Below, piece after piece: positions 40,201 through 49,828 of a stretch of 49,828 nucleotides of DNA (positions within the stretch are counted from its first letter, which is position 1; each line of letters opens with the position of its first letter). The notes under the pieces were generated by a model that was not told the DNA's origin, did not search any database, and worked only from the letters and a program-made list of their open reading frames with translations. The stretch lies in the NCBI GenBank assembly GCA_902533655.1, contig CACAMX010000003.1:1-49828 (forward strand). The letters run 5' to 3'. The position numbers and the translations under genes are program-made. Origin of the DNA: an uncultured Bacteroidota bacterium. Its GTDB lineage: Bacteria; Bacteroidota; Bacteroidia; Flavobacteriales; BACL11.

Positions 40201-42180
40201 TTACTCAGAGGTATCTTCAATTAAAACTTTGAATGTTGTCCTTCTATTGTATTGATTCGCTTTGTCTCTATTTTTTCTAAACCTCATTTTCTTAATGTAT
40301 GCCTCAGTTAATACATCTCCTAGATTCAAACTCCCATCTTTTTGCTCCATAACATATGGCTCACTTTCACCCATTCCAAGTGCAGTAATTCTATTTTTAC
40401 TAATACCTTTTTCTGTCAAATATCTTACACATTCATCCGCTCTTTTCTGCGATAATCTTTTATTCTGCATATTACTTCCAACAAAATCTGTATGTGATTT
40501 TAATTCTATGTTGACGTCTGGATTGTCATTAAGTGTTGTAACGAGCTTGTCTAAGTCCTGTTTAGATTTTTCTCTTAAATCAAACTTCGCAAAGTCATAT
40601 TCAATTCTCGGTAAAATGATTTCCTTTTTTACAGGGTCTAGTTGAAAATCAACAAGTATTGTCTTGTCATTTTCAATGGCATGCGTAGTTTCAGTTTTTA
40701 TATTTTTTAAAAACTTATTTTTGAATGCAATTATTTCATAAGATGTTAATGGTTTTAGCCTAACTTTATATGCTCCAGAATTATCTGTTTTAATATCCTT
40801 TTGACTTCCATCACTGCCAACAAACTTAATGTTTGCTTCTGTTAAAATAGCTCCTGTTTTTGAATCAGTAACAACTCCTTGAGCAAAAATAACGAGTGGG
40901 GGCAACTCAAAAGTATATACATCATCATTTCCTTTGCCGCCCTTTCTATTTGATGTAAAATATCCTCTCTCTCCGTCAGATTCGATAATCATTCCAAAAT
41001 CGTCGGATGATGAGTTGACTGGAAACTTTAAGTTAATAACTGAGGAATATGCTTCATTTTCGTCAGGAGTTGTTTTAAAAATGTCATGTCCTCCCATACC
41101 AATATGACCATTAGAACTAAAATAAAGCGAGCCATCAAGATGAAGGAATGGAAACATTTCATCAGCAGATGTATTTATTGCGGGGCCTAAATTAATTGGC
41201 TTACTCCATTTATTTCTCTTTTCTTTTTTTACAATCCACAAGTCTTTACCTCCATAACCTCCTTTCATATCAGAAGAAAATATTAAGGTTTTTTCATCAT
41301 TGCTTACTGATGGGTGTCCGATTGAAGTATTACTATCAAGTTTAATTTGAAGAGGCTGTGGATCACTCCAAATTTGACCATTTCTTTTGCTAATATGAAT
41401 CCTACATCCAAGAGACTTTTTCTTTTCAACTTTACACTTTGTTAAATACATAGTTGTTCCTCTACTGTTTAGTGCGACTGACCCCTCGTTTCCATCTCCA
41501 CTAATGGGTTCTCCAACTATTTGAGGTGCACTCCATTTATTTTTTTTGTCTAGTTTGGTTAGGTATATATCAGTAAAGGATTCTCCAGTTCTATCATCAA
41601 TTTTGTCAGAAAAACCTCCTTTTCTTGATGATGTAAAATAAATCTCAGAATAATCCCCATTACCAAATGAAGGAGAAAAATCACTATATCTTGAATTTAT
41701 TATGGGCATTAACTCAACTTTGTATCTAGTAGGGTTTGAGAGCCATTCAATTGAATAATTACAAGATTTTACTCCTATCTGACCTCTTATGTCTGTAGGA
41801 TTAAGTTGAACGTACTTTTTGTACTGTTCCAATGCTTCATCGTATTTTTGATTCATTCTTAAAACATCACCATACCTTAGAACTGCAATAACATCGGGAT
41901 ATTTAGCTTTAATCGCTCTTTTGTAATAATTTTCTGCTCTTTTTATGTTGCCTGACAATCTGTAACATTCTGCTTGTTTAAAAATAATTTCAGATTTTAA
42001 ACTTCTACTTTTTGTTTTTTCATAAGCTTTTTTGTAAAGTTCAGCAGCTTTGTAATATTCTTCAAGCGCAAAAGCTTGATCAGCCTTAGCAACTCTTTTG
42101 TTGTTTTTTTGAGAAAAAGAATTATTTGCTAGAAATAATAAAAAAAATAATGTAAAGTAGAGCTTAGAATTTGGTATCAT
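40201..42180 (-). CDS. PorE-like TPR / PD40 propeller / CarboxypepD_reg / OmpA peptidoglycan-binding protein
   Basis: N-terminal TPR helices; PD40 repeats (YFTSSR, FSSDMKGGYGGKDLW, GHIGMGGHDIF, SNRKGGKGNDD); OmpA domain SHTD...LSQKRA...NRR. Confidence 0.88.
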   Translation of the reverse strand: MIPNSKLYFTLFFLLFLANNSFSQKNNKRVAKADQAFALEEYYKAAELYKKAYEKTKSRSLKSEIIFKQAECYRLSGNIKRAENYYKRAIKAKYPDVIAVLRYGDVLRMNQKYDEALEQYKKYVQLNPTDIRGQIGVKSCNYSIEWLSNPTRYKVELMPIINSRYSDFSPSFGNGDYSEIYFTSSRKGGFSDKIDDRTGESFTDIYLTKLDKKNKWSAPQIVGEPISGDGNEGSVALNSRGTTMYLTKCKVEKKKSLGCRIHISKRNGQIWSDPQPLQIKLDSNTSIGHPSVSNDEKTLIFSSDMKGGYGGKDLWIVKKEKRNKWSKPINLGPAINTSADEMFPFLHLDGSLYFSSNGHIGMGGHDIFKTTPDENEAYSSVINLKFPVNSSSDDFGMIIESDGERGYFTSNRKGGKGNDDVYTFELPPLVIFAQGVVTDSKTGAILTEANIKFVGSDGSQKDIKTDNSGAYKVRLKPLTSYEIIAFKNKFLKNIKTETTHAIENDKTILVDFQLDPVKKEIILPRIEYDFAKFDLREKSKQDLDKLVTTLNDNPDVNIELKSHTDFVGSNMQNKRLSQKRADECVRYLTEKGISKNRITALGMGESEPYVMEQKDGSLNLGDVLTEAYIKKMRFRKNRDKANQYNRRTTFKVLIEDTSE

Positions 42181-42401
42181 TGTTTATTAATTTTCGCTAA
42201 AATAAACAATAAATTTAAATACTGTCTAAGAATATAAATTCAATAAAAACAGCTAAATGTTAATAAAGTATTGAAAAGTTTCATAAGAATTAGTTAGTTG
42301 ATTTTGTTTAGTAATTGATAATTTTCTTAATTGAAAAAATAATTATTAACGACCTCTAAACTATAACATAGTGTACAACTTACACTTTTAAATCACTGAA
42401 A

Positions 42402-43415
42402 ATGAACAAATCTAAACTTGAATACATATGGCTTGATGGATACAAGCCAACACAAAATATGAGAAGTAAAACAAAATTAATTGAGAACTTCTCAGGTAAA
42501 TTAGAAGACTGCCCCACATGGTCTTTTGATGGAAGTTCAACCAAACAGGCTGAGGGAAATTCTTCAGATTGTCTTTTAAAACCAGTAGCAATTTTTCCGG
42601 ACCCAGCAAGAAACGATGGATACTTGGTAATGACAGAGGTACTAAATGCTGATGGGACACCTCATGAATCCAATGCAAGAGCATTGGTAGATGACGATGA
42701 TAATGATTTTTGGTTTGGATTTGAGCAAGAATATTTCATAATGGATGTTGAAACTCAACTACCTTTAGGTTTTCCATTAGGTGGGTATCCAGGTCCTCAA
42801 GGTCTTTATTATTGTTCTGTCGGAGGTAAAAACACTCATGGAAGACATATAGTGGAGGAACATGCTGATTTATGTCTAGAAGCTGGAATAAATTTTGAAG
42901 GTATTAATCAAGAAGTCGCATGCGGACAATGGGAGTTTCAATTATTTGCCAAGGGAGCCAAAAAAGCGGGTGATGAAATGTGGATTGCAAGATATCTTCT
43001 TGATCGATTAACTGAATCTTATGGCTATTATATTGAATACCATCCAAAACCAATTAAAGGTGATTGGAACGGTTCAGGTATGCATGCAAACTTTTCAAAC
43101 TCGTTGTTAAGAGAATGTGGCTCACAAGAGACTTATGAAAAAATTTGTGAAGCATTTAGGCCTGCAGCCAGTGAACATATAGCTGTTTATGGTGAGTTTA
43201 ATGAACAAAGATTAACTGGACTACACGAAACTGCATCAATTCATGATTTTAGCTATGGAATTTCAGATAGAGGAGCTTCTATCAGAATACCAATAATCAC
43301 TGTTGAAAAAGGTTGGAAGGGCTGGCTTGAAGACAGGAGACCTGCTTCAAATGGAGATCCATACAAGATTGCTGGAAGAATTATAAAAACAGTTAAGTCA
43401 GCTAATGTAAGTTAG
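42402..43415 (+). CDS. glnII: Glutamine synthetase type II
   Basis: 337 aa; EYIWLDG, WSFDGSST.QA, GFEQEY, GINQEV..GQWEFQ, GDWNGSGMH.NFS, RLTGLHET, EDRRPASN.DPY. Confidence 0.93.
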   Translation: MNKSKLEYIWLDGYKPTQNMRSKTKLIENFSGKLEDCPTWSFDGSSTKQAEGNSSDCLLKPVAIFPDPARNDGYLVMTEVLNADGTPHESNARALVDDDDNDFWFGFEQEYFIMDVETQLPLGFPLGGYPGPQGLYYCSVGGKNTHGRHIVEEHADLCLEAGINFEGINQEVACGQWEFQLFAKGAKKAGDEMWIARYLLDRLTESYGYYIEYHPKPIKGDWNGSGMHANFSNSLLRECGSQETYEKICEAFRPAASEHIAVYGEFNEQRLTGLHETASIHDFSYGISDRGASIRIPIITVEKGWKGWLEDRRPASNGDPYKIAGRIIKTVKSANVS

Positions 43416-44347
43416 GTTATTGCAATAATTAGAAAAAATATATAGAAACATAGCAACATGACACCAGATAGCTTATTGTTTTTATTTAAATATGAGTTGT
43501 ATACTACTAAAGAAAGTAGAAATGTACTTAGAATTAAAAAAACAACATCATATGTCAGTACTTTTATGTCAATAAGCTCGATTGTATCATAGATTGAAGT
43601 AATACCCAAAACAATCAATATGTTGAAGATGTTTGAACCAATCAAGTTCCCAACAGCTAAACTTTTTTCTTTTTTATAAATTGCAACAAAAGAAGTTGAT
43701 AGTTCAGGAAGACTAGTTCCCAAAGCAACTAAAGTAAATGCAATAATTCTATCACTAATACCAAAATCAATTGCAATAGCACTTACGCCAGAAATAAGCC
43801 AATCAGCCCCAGCCTTTAACATTATAGCTGATACTAACAAAATTAAGAACTGTTGTGCAATGTTAGATTTAAACTCACTTTGTTCTATATTATCTTTTCC
43901 TGTATACGACTTTTTAATTAAAATGAACAGATAGAATGAAATTAAAAAGAAAAAAATAAGTCCCATCCAACTGGTAATGCTTTTGAAAATAAATAAAAAG
44001 TAAGAAAACAAAAGCGTTGAAAAAATCAGAAAAGGTACATCAATTTTTTTTGTCAAATTACTAAAACTGACGTTTACAAAAATCAATGTAATTGCTAAAA
44101 CAAGACAAATATTAGCAATGTTTGAGCCTATTACGTTTCCAAAAATTATGTCATATTTTTGATTATTAATTGCTTCAAGACTAATAAAAAGCTCGGGTGC
44201 TGAAGTAGCTAAAGACACAATAGTTAGACCAATTATGAAGGTAGGAACTTTAAACTTTTTTGAAATTTTAGTGGAGCTTTTAACTAGAAAATCTCCTCCA
44301 ATTATGAGAAAAGAAAGGCCAATAACAAACAAAAAGTAAGAATTCAT
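43412..44347 (-). CDS. Calcium/sodium antiporter (CaCA, YrbG-like)
   Basis: Duplicated alpha repeats ATSAPE...GNVIGSN and GTSLPE...GNLIGSN. Confidence 0.93.
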   Translation of the reverse strand: MNSYFLFVIGLSFLIIGGDFLVKSSTKISKKFKVPTFIIGLTIVSLATSAPELFISLEAINNQKYDIIFGNVIGSNIANICLVLAITLIFVNVSFSNLTKKIDVPFLIFSTLLFSYFLFIFKSITSWMGLIFFFLISFYLFILIKKSYTGKDNIEQSEFKSNIAQQFLILLVSAIMLKAGADWLISGVSAIAIDFGISDRIIAFTLVALGTSLPELSTSFVAIYKKEKSLAVGNLIGSNIFNILIVLGITSIYDTIELIDIKVLTYDVVFLILSTFLLSLVVYNSYLNKNNKLSGVMLLCFYIFFLIIAIT

Positions 44348-44541
44348 TTTTTGAATGTATCGTTCATGTCTTCTGAACTTTTTTTTATTTCTTTTCTAAT
44401 CTCGTTGGATGCATCTTTTATTTCGTTCATTGCTTTAGCAAAAGCCTTAGCAAACTCAGGAATCTTTTTTGAACCAAAAAATAATACAATAACTAAGACT
44501 ATTAATATTATCTCAGGTCCTCCAATAAAAATAAACATCAC
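44344..44541 (-). CDS. tatA: Twin-arginine translocase TatA/E
   Basis: GGPE, TM helix, FG.KKIPE amphipathic helix. Confidence 0.9.
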   Translation of the reverse strand: MMFIFIGGPEIILIVLVIVLFFGSKKIPEFAKAFAKAMNEIKDASNEIRKEIKKSSEDMNDTFKK

Positions 44542-47500
44542 TTATTTTTTGTCTTACTTATTGTATCCAACATGATTGGTGATGCAACAAAAAGTGAAGA
44601 GTAAGTACCAACGATAACACCAACCATTAATGCAAACATAAATCCTCTTATCACTTCCCCACCAAAAATAAAGATGATAAGAAGAACAAAGAAAGTTGTT
44701 AATGAAGTATTGATTGTTCTAGAAAGAGTGCTGTTCAAAGAAGTATTCATATACTCTTTGATCTCTTTTCTTTTGTTAATGTTCATATATTCTCTAACTC
44801 TATCAAATACAACAACAGTATCGTTTAATGAGTAACCAATTATAGTAAGTAAAGCTGCTATAAACGCTTGATCAATTTCTAAAGAAAAAGGTAAAAGACC
44901 ATAGAAAAAAGAAAAAATAGAAAGAACTATTAATACATCATGAAAGACTGCTATGACAGCACCTAAACTAAACTGCCACTTTCTAAATCTTAAGAGAATG
45001 TATAAAAATATAATTATCAGTGAAAAAATTATTGAACCCATTGCGGCATTCTTTATGTCATCTGCAATAGTTGGACCAACTTTTTGTGAACTCATGATTT
45101 CGTAATCTTGCTCTATTTTAGACAATCCTTCATTCAATTTTTTTTCAACAATTTCATCAGTTTGTAAATTATTATTATCTATCATAAATGATGTCGTAAT
45201 TTTTACCTGGTTATCACTTCCAAAGGTCTTTACTTGCGGAGAATACGAGAGTCCCGCTTCATCTACAAATGTTGCATTAAGCTTTTCTCGTACCTTTTCA
45301 TTATCTACAGTATTATCAAATCTTACTACATATGTCCTACCCCCAACAAAATCAACACCATAGTTCAGTCCTTTGGTAAATAAAGAAAATGAGCCAGCTA
45401 AAACAATAATTGATGAAACTATATAAAACCTTTTCCTATTTCCTATAAAATCAATTTTTGTGTTTTTGAAAGCTCCATGAGTTATTTTGTTTGAAAAACT
45501 AATATTCTTACCCTTATTAAGTCTTGCACTAATCACAAGTCTTGTGATAAAAATAGCAGCAAACAAAGAAGTTAAAATACCTATTATGAGCGTAGTAGCA
45601 AAGCCTTTAATTGGTCCTGAACCAAATGTATACAATACAATTCCTGTTAATAGTGTTGTCACATTTGCATCAATTATTGAACTATAAGCATTTTTGTAAC
45701 CATCAGCAATAGCTAGTTTGATTCCTTTATTATTTTTTAGCTCCTCACGTATTCTCTCGTATATTAGGACATTAGCATCAACAGACATACCTATGGTTAA
45801 AACTATACCAGCAATTCCTGGAAGTGTTAGCACAGCACCCAAAGAGGATAAAACACCAAAAATGAAGAAGATATTAGCAAGTAAGGCTACATTTGATACC
45901 AATCCAGCTTTGTTATAATAAAAAATCATATAAATAAGAACCATTAATAGAGCAAATATGAACGATTTTAGGCCTGCATTGATAGCCTCTTCACCTAAAG
46001 AGGGGCCGACAATTGCTTCCTCAATTATTCTAGCAGGTGCAGGTAACTTACCAGACTTTAAAATATTAGCAAGATCTTTTGCTTCGTTTACTGTAAAATT
46101 TCCAGTTATTGAAGATCTTCCACCACTAATTTCTGACTGAACAGTAGGGAACGAGTATACATATCCATCTAGTACAATAGCGACTGAGCGTCCAATATTC
46201 TCAGCAGTTAATCTTTTCCACATTTTTGCACCTTCTTGATTCATACTCATGGAAATCTCAGGGCTTGAGCTAAATTGACCATACACTTGATCGGCATCTG
46301 TTACCACATCACCTTCCATTGCTGATTTTCCGTCTCTATTTGTTATTTTTAAAGCTACAAGCTGTACAAACTTTCCTTCAGTGTCATAAGGGATGGCAGT
46401 ATAAGCAAACTTAACATCAACAGGTAGTCTTTTGATTACAGCAGGATCTTTCAAGTATGAATTGAGTTTAGATGTGTCTTTGGTTGCAGTAAAACCAACT
46501 ACAGGCCCTTCTTGTATTCTGTTTTGTTGATCAACATTTGGATATAATACAGCATACAACGGATTTTCAGCTGCAAATTCTTCAAATGTTAACGTGTTGG
46601 CTGAATCGGTTAAAAGAGAATCATCAATTTGGTCAAGTAAACTCGTAGATAATGTGTCTGAAATATCTTCAGTAACATCAGCTAGTAGACTATTTATTTC
46701 ATCAGAGTTTTCATTAACAACTTTATCTAACTCTGCGTTAATTTTTTCAGCTTCGGTTTCACGTAAGTATTGGTTAACATCCTCTAGCTGAGGAAACAAC
46801 TCTTGATATTCATATGTTTCCCAAAACTGTAGTTGAGCCGTAGACTGTAGTAATTTTCTTGCTCTGTCAGTATCTTTAATTCCTGGAAGCTCAACCAAAA
46901 TTCTTCCAGTGGTTTCTAATCTTTGAATATTTGGTTGAGTTACTCCAAATCTATCGATTCTACTTCTTAAAATATTAAATGATCGATTTATTGCATCCTC
47001 AACTTCAACTCTAATTAAATCCAAAACTTGTTGATTTGTTGAGGAGAAATTTATTTTTTCCCTCAAATCTGGTGTGCTAAATACACCTGAAAGTCCAGAA
47101 TTTGGTGATGGGGCAATTTTTTCATATTCATTTCCAAATAAAGTGACAAAATCTTCTTGACTATTTGATTGAAGTTTAAGTGCATTAGAAATTGCAAGAT
47201 TAAATTTTACGTCTTTGCTGTTGTTTGAGAGAGCTTTGATCACATCAACTACCATGACTTCTAAAGTCACATTCATACCTCCTTTCAAGTCTAGTCCTAA
47301 GTTGATTTCTCTTTGCTTACATTCTGAATATGTATACTCAGCAATTAAGATATCATAAACTTTTTCACCACTAATTGAGTCAAGATAAAACCTATATTTA
47401 TCAACGTACTCTTCAGGTAAAAAATTCATTGCATAGTCATCAGCATCATTTTCAATAGAATCAGCAACCCAAGTGAAGGAAAGCTGGTATAAACATACGA

Positions 47501-47546
47501 TTGAAAAAACAATTGCGAATACTTTAAAAAAATTTCTGTTTTGCAT
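44538..47546 (-). CDS. secDF: Fused protein translocase subunit SecDF
   Basis: LGLDLKGG, RIDRFGV.QP, VGPSLG, GMSVDANVLIYERI, GVDFVGG, GYSLNDTVVVFDR. Start at ATG 47546. Confidence 0.97.
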   Translation of the reverse strand: MQNRNFFKVFAIVFSIVCLYQLSFTWVADSIENDADDYAMNFLPEEYVDKYRFYLDSISGEKVYDILIAEYTYSECKQREINLGLDLKGGMNVTLEVMVVDVIKALSNNSKDVKFNLAISNALKLQSNSQEDFVTLFGNEYEKIAPSPNSGLSGVFSTPDLREKINFSSTNQQVLDLIRVEVEDAINRSFNILRSRIDRFGVTQPNIQRLETTGRILVELPGIKDTDRARKLLQSTAQLQFWETYEYQELFPQLEDVNQYLRETEAEKINAELDKVVNENSDEINSLLADVTEDISDTLSTSLLDQIDDSLLTDSANTLTFEEFAAENPLYAVLYPNVDQQNRIQEGPVVGFTATKDTSKLNSYLKDPAVIKRLPVDVKFAYTAIPYDTEGKFVQLVALKITNRDGKSAMEGDVVTDADQVYGQFSSSPEISMSMNQEGAKMWKRLTAENIGRSVAIVLDGYVYSFPTVQSEISGGRSSITGNFTVNEAKDLANILKSGKLPAPARIIEEAIVGPSLGEEAINAGLKSFIFALLMVLIYMIFYYNKAGLVSNVALLANIFFIFGVLSSLGAVLTLPGIAGIVLTIGMSVDANVLIYERIREELKNNKGIKLAIADGYKNAYSSIIDANVTTLLTGIVLYTFGSGPIKGFATTLIIGILTSLFAAIFITRLVISARLNKGKNISFSNKITHGAFKNTKIDFIGNRKRFYIVSSIIVLAGSFSLFTKGLNYGVDFVGGRTYVVRFDNTVDNEKVREKLNATFVDEAGLSYSPQVKTFGSDNQVKITTSFMIDNNNLQTDEIVEKKLNEGLSKIEQDYEIMSSQKVGPTIADDIKNAAMGSIIFSLIIIFLYILLRFRKWQFSLGAVIAVFHDVLIVLSIFSFFYGLLPFSLEIDQAFIAALLTIIGYSLNDTVVVFDRVREYMNINKRKEIKEYMNTSLNSTLSRTINTSLTTFFVLLIIFIFGGEVIRGFMFALMVGVIVGTYSSLFVASPIMLDTISKTKNK

Positions 47547-47564
47547 TATACTTGATTTGGTGGG

Positions 47565-47676
47565 CAAATATAATCTTTTTTATAAAGATAATTATGATTT
47601 AAACATGCCATAGAATAATAAATTTTAACCAACTATATTTCTTTTCTAATCAATTAAATACTATTAACTAAATTTG
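47565..47676. promoter_or_regulatory. Divergent promoter region secDF / FG-GAP protein
   Basis: TATATTTG on minus (47565-47572) and TAAATTTG on plus (47669-47676). Confidence 0.55.
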
Positions 47677-47684
47677 TTGTCATT

Positions 47685-49828
47685 ATGAATCGTTTATTAA
47701 CCTTGACTTTTTTTTTAATCTTTACTACCTATTCATTTGCACAAATATTAGTCAACAGAGATACAAGTGTAGATGTTTATGAAAGCAATACCAAATACAA
47801 ATCTCCATGGATTGGAGGAATGAACTCAGTACAATTTAATGAAATAGATTTGAATTTAGATGGAATAAATGATTTAGTAACATTTGATAGATCAGGTAAT
47901 AAACTAAATACATTCATAAAGAAAAATAACGAATATATTTTTGCTCCCAAGTTCAGAAAAAACTTTCCAAAAATCAAAGATTGGTGTTTGACTGGCGACT
48001 ACAACTGTGATGGTAAGTTAGATCTTTTTACATATTCAAATGGAGGTATTGCAGTTTATCTCAATATATCTTCAAATGATTTAGAGTTTTCACTCGCGAC
48101 TAGTCTTTTGCTCTCAAACTATGGTTCGAGTAATTTAAATATTTTTGTAAGTCCTATTGACATTCCAGCAATTACTGATATAGATTCCGACGGTGATTTA
48201 GATATTTTGACTTTTTCAATACTTGGTGGTTTCATTGAATACCACAGAAATTTATCAATCGAGCAAAATGGAAATTGTGATAGTCTAATATTCAATTTTG
48301 AAGATGCATGCTGGGGGGATTGTTATGAAGGTCTTAATTCATATGTTCTTAATTGTTCTAATTGTCAATGTGCTCCATTAACAAATCAAAATTTTAAACA
48401 ACCACATGCCGGATCTACAATACTTGCTATCGATATTGACAACGACAATGATAAAGATTTAATTTTAGGAGATATTTTGTACAATAACTTGAACCTATTA
48501 ATAAATGGTGGAAATAATCAAAATGCTCTTGTAACTTCAGTAGATTCAATCTTTCCAAAAAATTATATAAGTACTTCACAAGTAGATTTGCCAATGTTTC
48601 CAGCTGCATTTTACATTGATGTAAATAATGATAACATAAAAGATTTAGTTGTATCACCAAATAGCACAACACTTAGTGGAACTGAAAACAAACAAAGTTC
48701 ATGGCTTTACATTAATTCAGGAACCAACACACAGTTAGATTTAACTTTAAGTACAAAAGATTTTCTTCAGTCTGAAATGATAGACTTAGGCGATGGTTCT
48801 TATCCATCTTTTTTTGATTATAACTCTGATGGACTTATGGACTTAGTTGTTGGAAATTATGGCTATTACAACACAGGTAATGACCCTACTTCATCGCTTG
48901 CACTTTTTGAAAATATTGGTACAAATTCAAATCCATCTTTTAATCTTTTAGACAGGAATTGGCAAAATATTTCCAGTATTAATTTAAATATTAATTTAGT
49001 GAAGCCTGCATTAAACTTGTATCCCTCTTTTGGAGACTTGGATGGTGATAATGATAAAGATATGATTATCGGAGATGCTGATGGAAAATTACATTTTTTT
49101 GAAAATGATGGTAACATTCCAGCTAATTTCTCACTTTCGAGTCCAAACTTTTTTCAAATTGATATTGGAAGTTTTGCAACTCCTTTTATCTGCGATGTAA
49201 ACAAAGATGGATTAAATGACTTAATTGTTGGAGAACAAATTGGTACAATAAATTATTTTCCAAATCGAGGAACAATTAATTCTGCAATTTTTGACACCAT
49301 TATTGAGAATTTTGGAAATGTTGACATCGAGGACTCAGTCATTTCAACTGGATATAGTTCTCCTAAAATAATAGACATTAACAACGAGAGATATTTGATT
49401 TCTGGCTCTTTTTCCGGAAATTTGTATGCTTTCAAAATAAACTCAATTGACTCAAGCTTTGCACCAATTAATATTGGTTTAAATAATCTTTGGGATGGAT
49501 CAATTACAGCGGTTGATTTTACTGACCTTAATAATGACTTTAAGTTAGATGTTATTGTTGGAAATAAATCAGGAGGTTTGACTTATTACAGTAGTGATAC
49601 CTTATTAACAAATACAAATAACTTAATTAACAATGAGTTAATTTTATATCCTAATCCAACAAAAAATAATATTACAATAGTTAGTAATTCATCAGGAAAT
49701 GTTGAACTTTATAATACTCACGGAATATTAATACTACAAAAGACTAAGAAATCAGATAAATTAAGAATTTCATTAAAAAACATTAATAGTGGAATTTATT
49801 ATCTAAAGTTTAATAATAAAACAAATTT
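47685..49828 (+). CDS. FG-GAP/VCBS repeat protein with T9SS type A sorting domain (3' end runs off window)
   Basis: Manual translation of the start MNRLLTLTFFLIFTTYSFAQ...PWIGGMN; repeated DxxxDGxxDL motifs; C-terminal LYPNPT...LYNTHG...SGIYYLK in the same frame by length. Absent from the track, consistent with no stop before the window end. Confidence 0.88.
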   Translation, partial: MNRLLTLTFFLIFTTYSFAQILVNRDTSVDVYESNTKYKSPWIGGMNSVQFNEIDLNLDGINDLVTFDRSGNKLNTFIKKNNEYIFAPKFRKNFPKIKDWCLTGDYNCDGKLDLFTYSNGGIAVYLNISSNDLEFSLATSLLLSNYGSSNLNIFVSPIDIPAITDIDSDGDLDILTFSILGGFIEYHRNLSIEQNGNCDSLIFNFEDACWGDCYEGLNSYVLNCSNCQCAPLTNQNFKQPHAGSTILAIDIDNDNDKDLILGDILYNNLNLLINGGNNQNALVTSVDSIFPKNYISTSQVDLPMFPAAFYIDVNNDNIKDLVVSPNSTTLSGTENKQSSWLYINSGTNTQLDLTLSTKDFLQSEMIDLGDGSYPSFFDYNSDGLMDLVVGNYGYYNTGNDPTSSLALFENIGTNSNPSFNLLDRNWQNISSINLNINLVKPALNLYPSFGDLDGDNDKDMIIGDADGKLHFFENDGNIPANFSLSSPNFFQIDIGSFATPFICDVNKDGLNDLIVGEQIGTINYFPNRGTINSAIFDTIIENFGNVDIEDSVISTGYSSPKIIDINNERYLISGSFSGNLYAFKINSIDSSFAPINIGLNNLWDGSITAVDFTDLNNDFKLDVIVGNKSGGLTYYSSDTLLTNTNNLINNELILYPNPTKNNITIVSNSSGNVELYNTHGILILQKTKKSDKLRISLKNINSGIYYLKFNNKTN

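Noticed and set aside
47777-49435. Four short minus-strand ORFs in the track at the right end
   Set aside because: Antisense shadows of the long plus-strand FG-GAP gene.
1-49828. CRISPR array, IS elements, defence systems, rRNA, riboswitches
   Set aside because: No regularly spaced repeats, transposase or defence motifs seen; intergenic gaps are mostly too short, and none shows a recognisable riboswitch core.

Overview
AT-rich, densely packed chromosomal segment of a marine Bacteroidota bacterium, probably Flavobacteriales. The assignment rests on TAnnTTTG -7 promoter boxes, T9SS cargo and components, fused SecDF, type II glutamine synthetase and a flavobacterial-type DTE proteorhodopsin. 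The left 4.6 kb is a co-oriented 'light' cluster: proteorhodopsin, blh, a stand-alone UvrC/Cho-like GIY-YIG nuclease, a domain-inverted photolyase, a flavin reductase, a 44-aa DUF2256 protein missed by the ORF track, and a partial cysteine synthase. Both promoter regions of this cluster share a bipartite motif. Next come mazG, an Omp28/T9SS protein, a small 4-Cys membrane protein (candidate NqrM analogue), apbE-nqrFEDCBA, the T9SS plug and pruA. The middle holds the rpsU-xerC-tRNAs-tuf-secE-nusG-rplKAJL-rpoBC core cluster; no hpf gene lies there and rpsU has no Shine-Dalgarno. The right part has an operon led by a tiny PspB-like/PspC-like pair (the PspC-like ORF is missed by the track), pyrF-prfA-purM, a PorE-like protein, glnII, tatA-secDF and a truncated FG-GAP/T9SS protein. 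No CRISPR array, prophage, IS or rRNA was seen. All family calls come from motif recognition by eye, not database searches.
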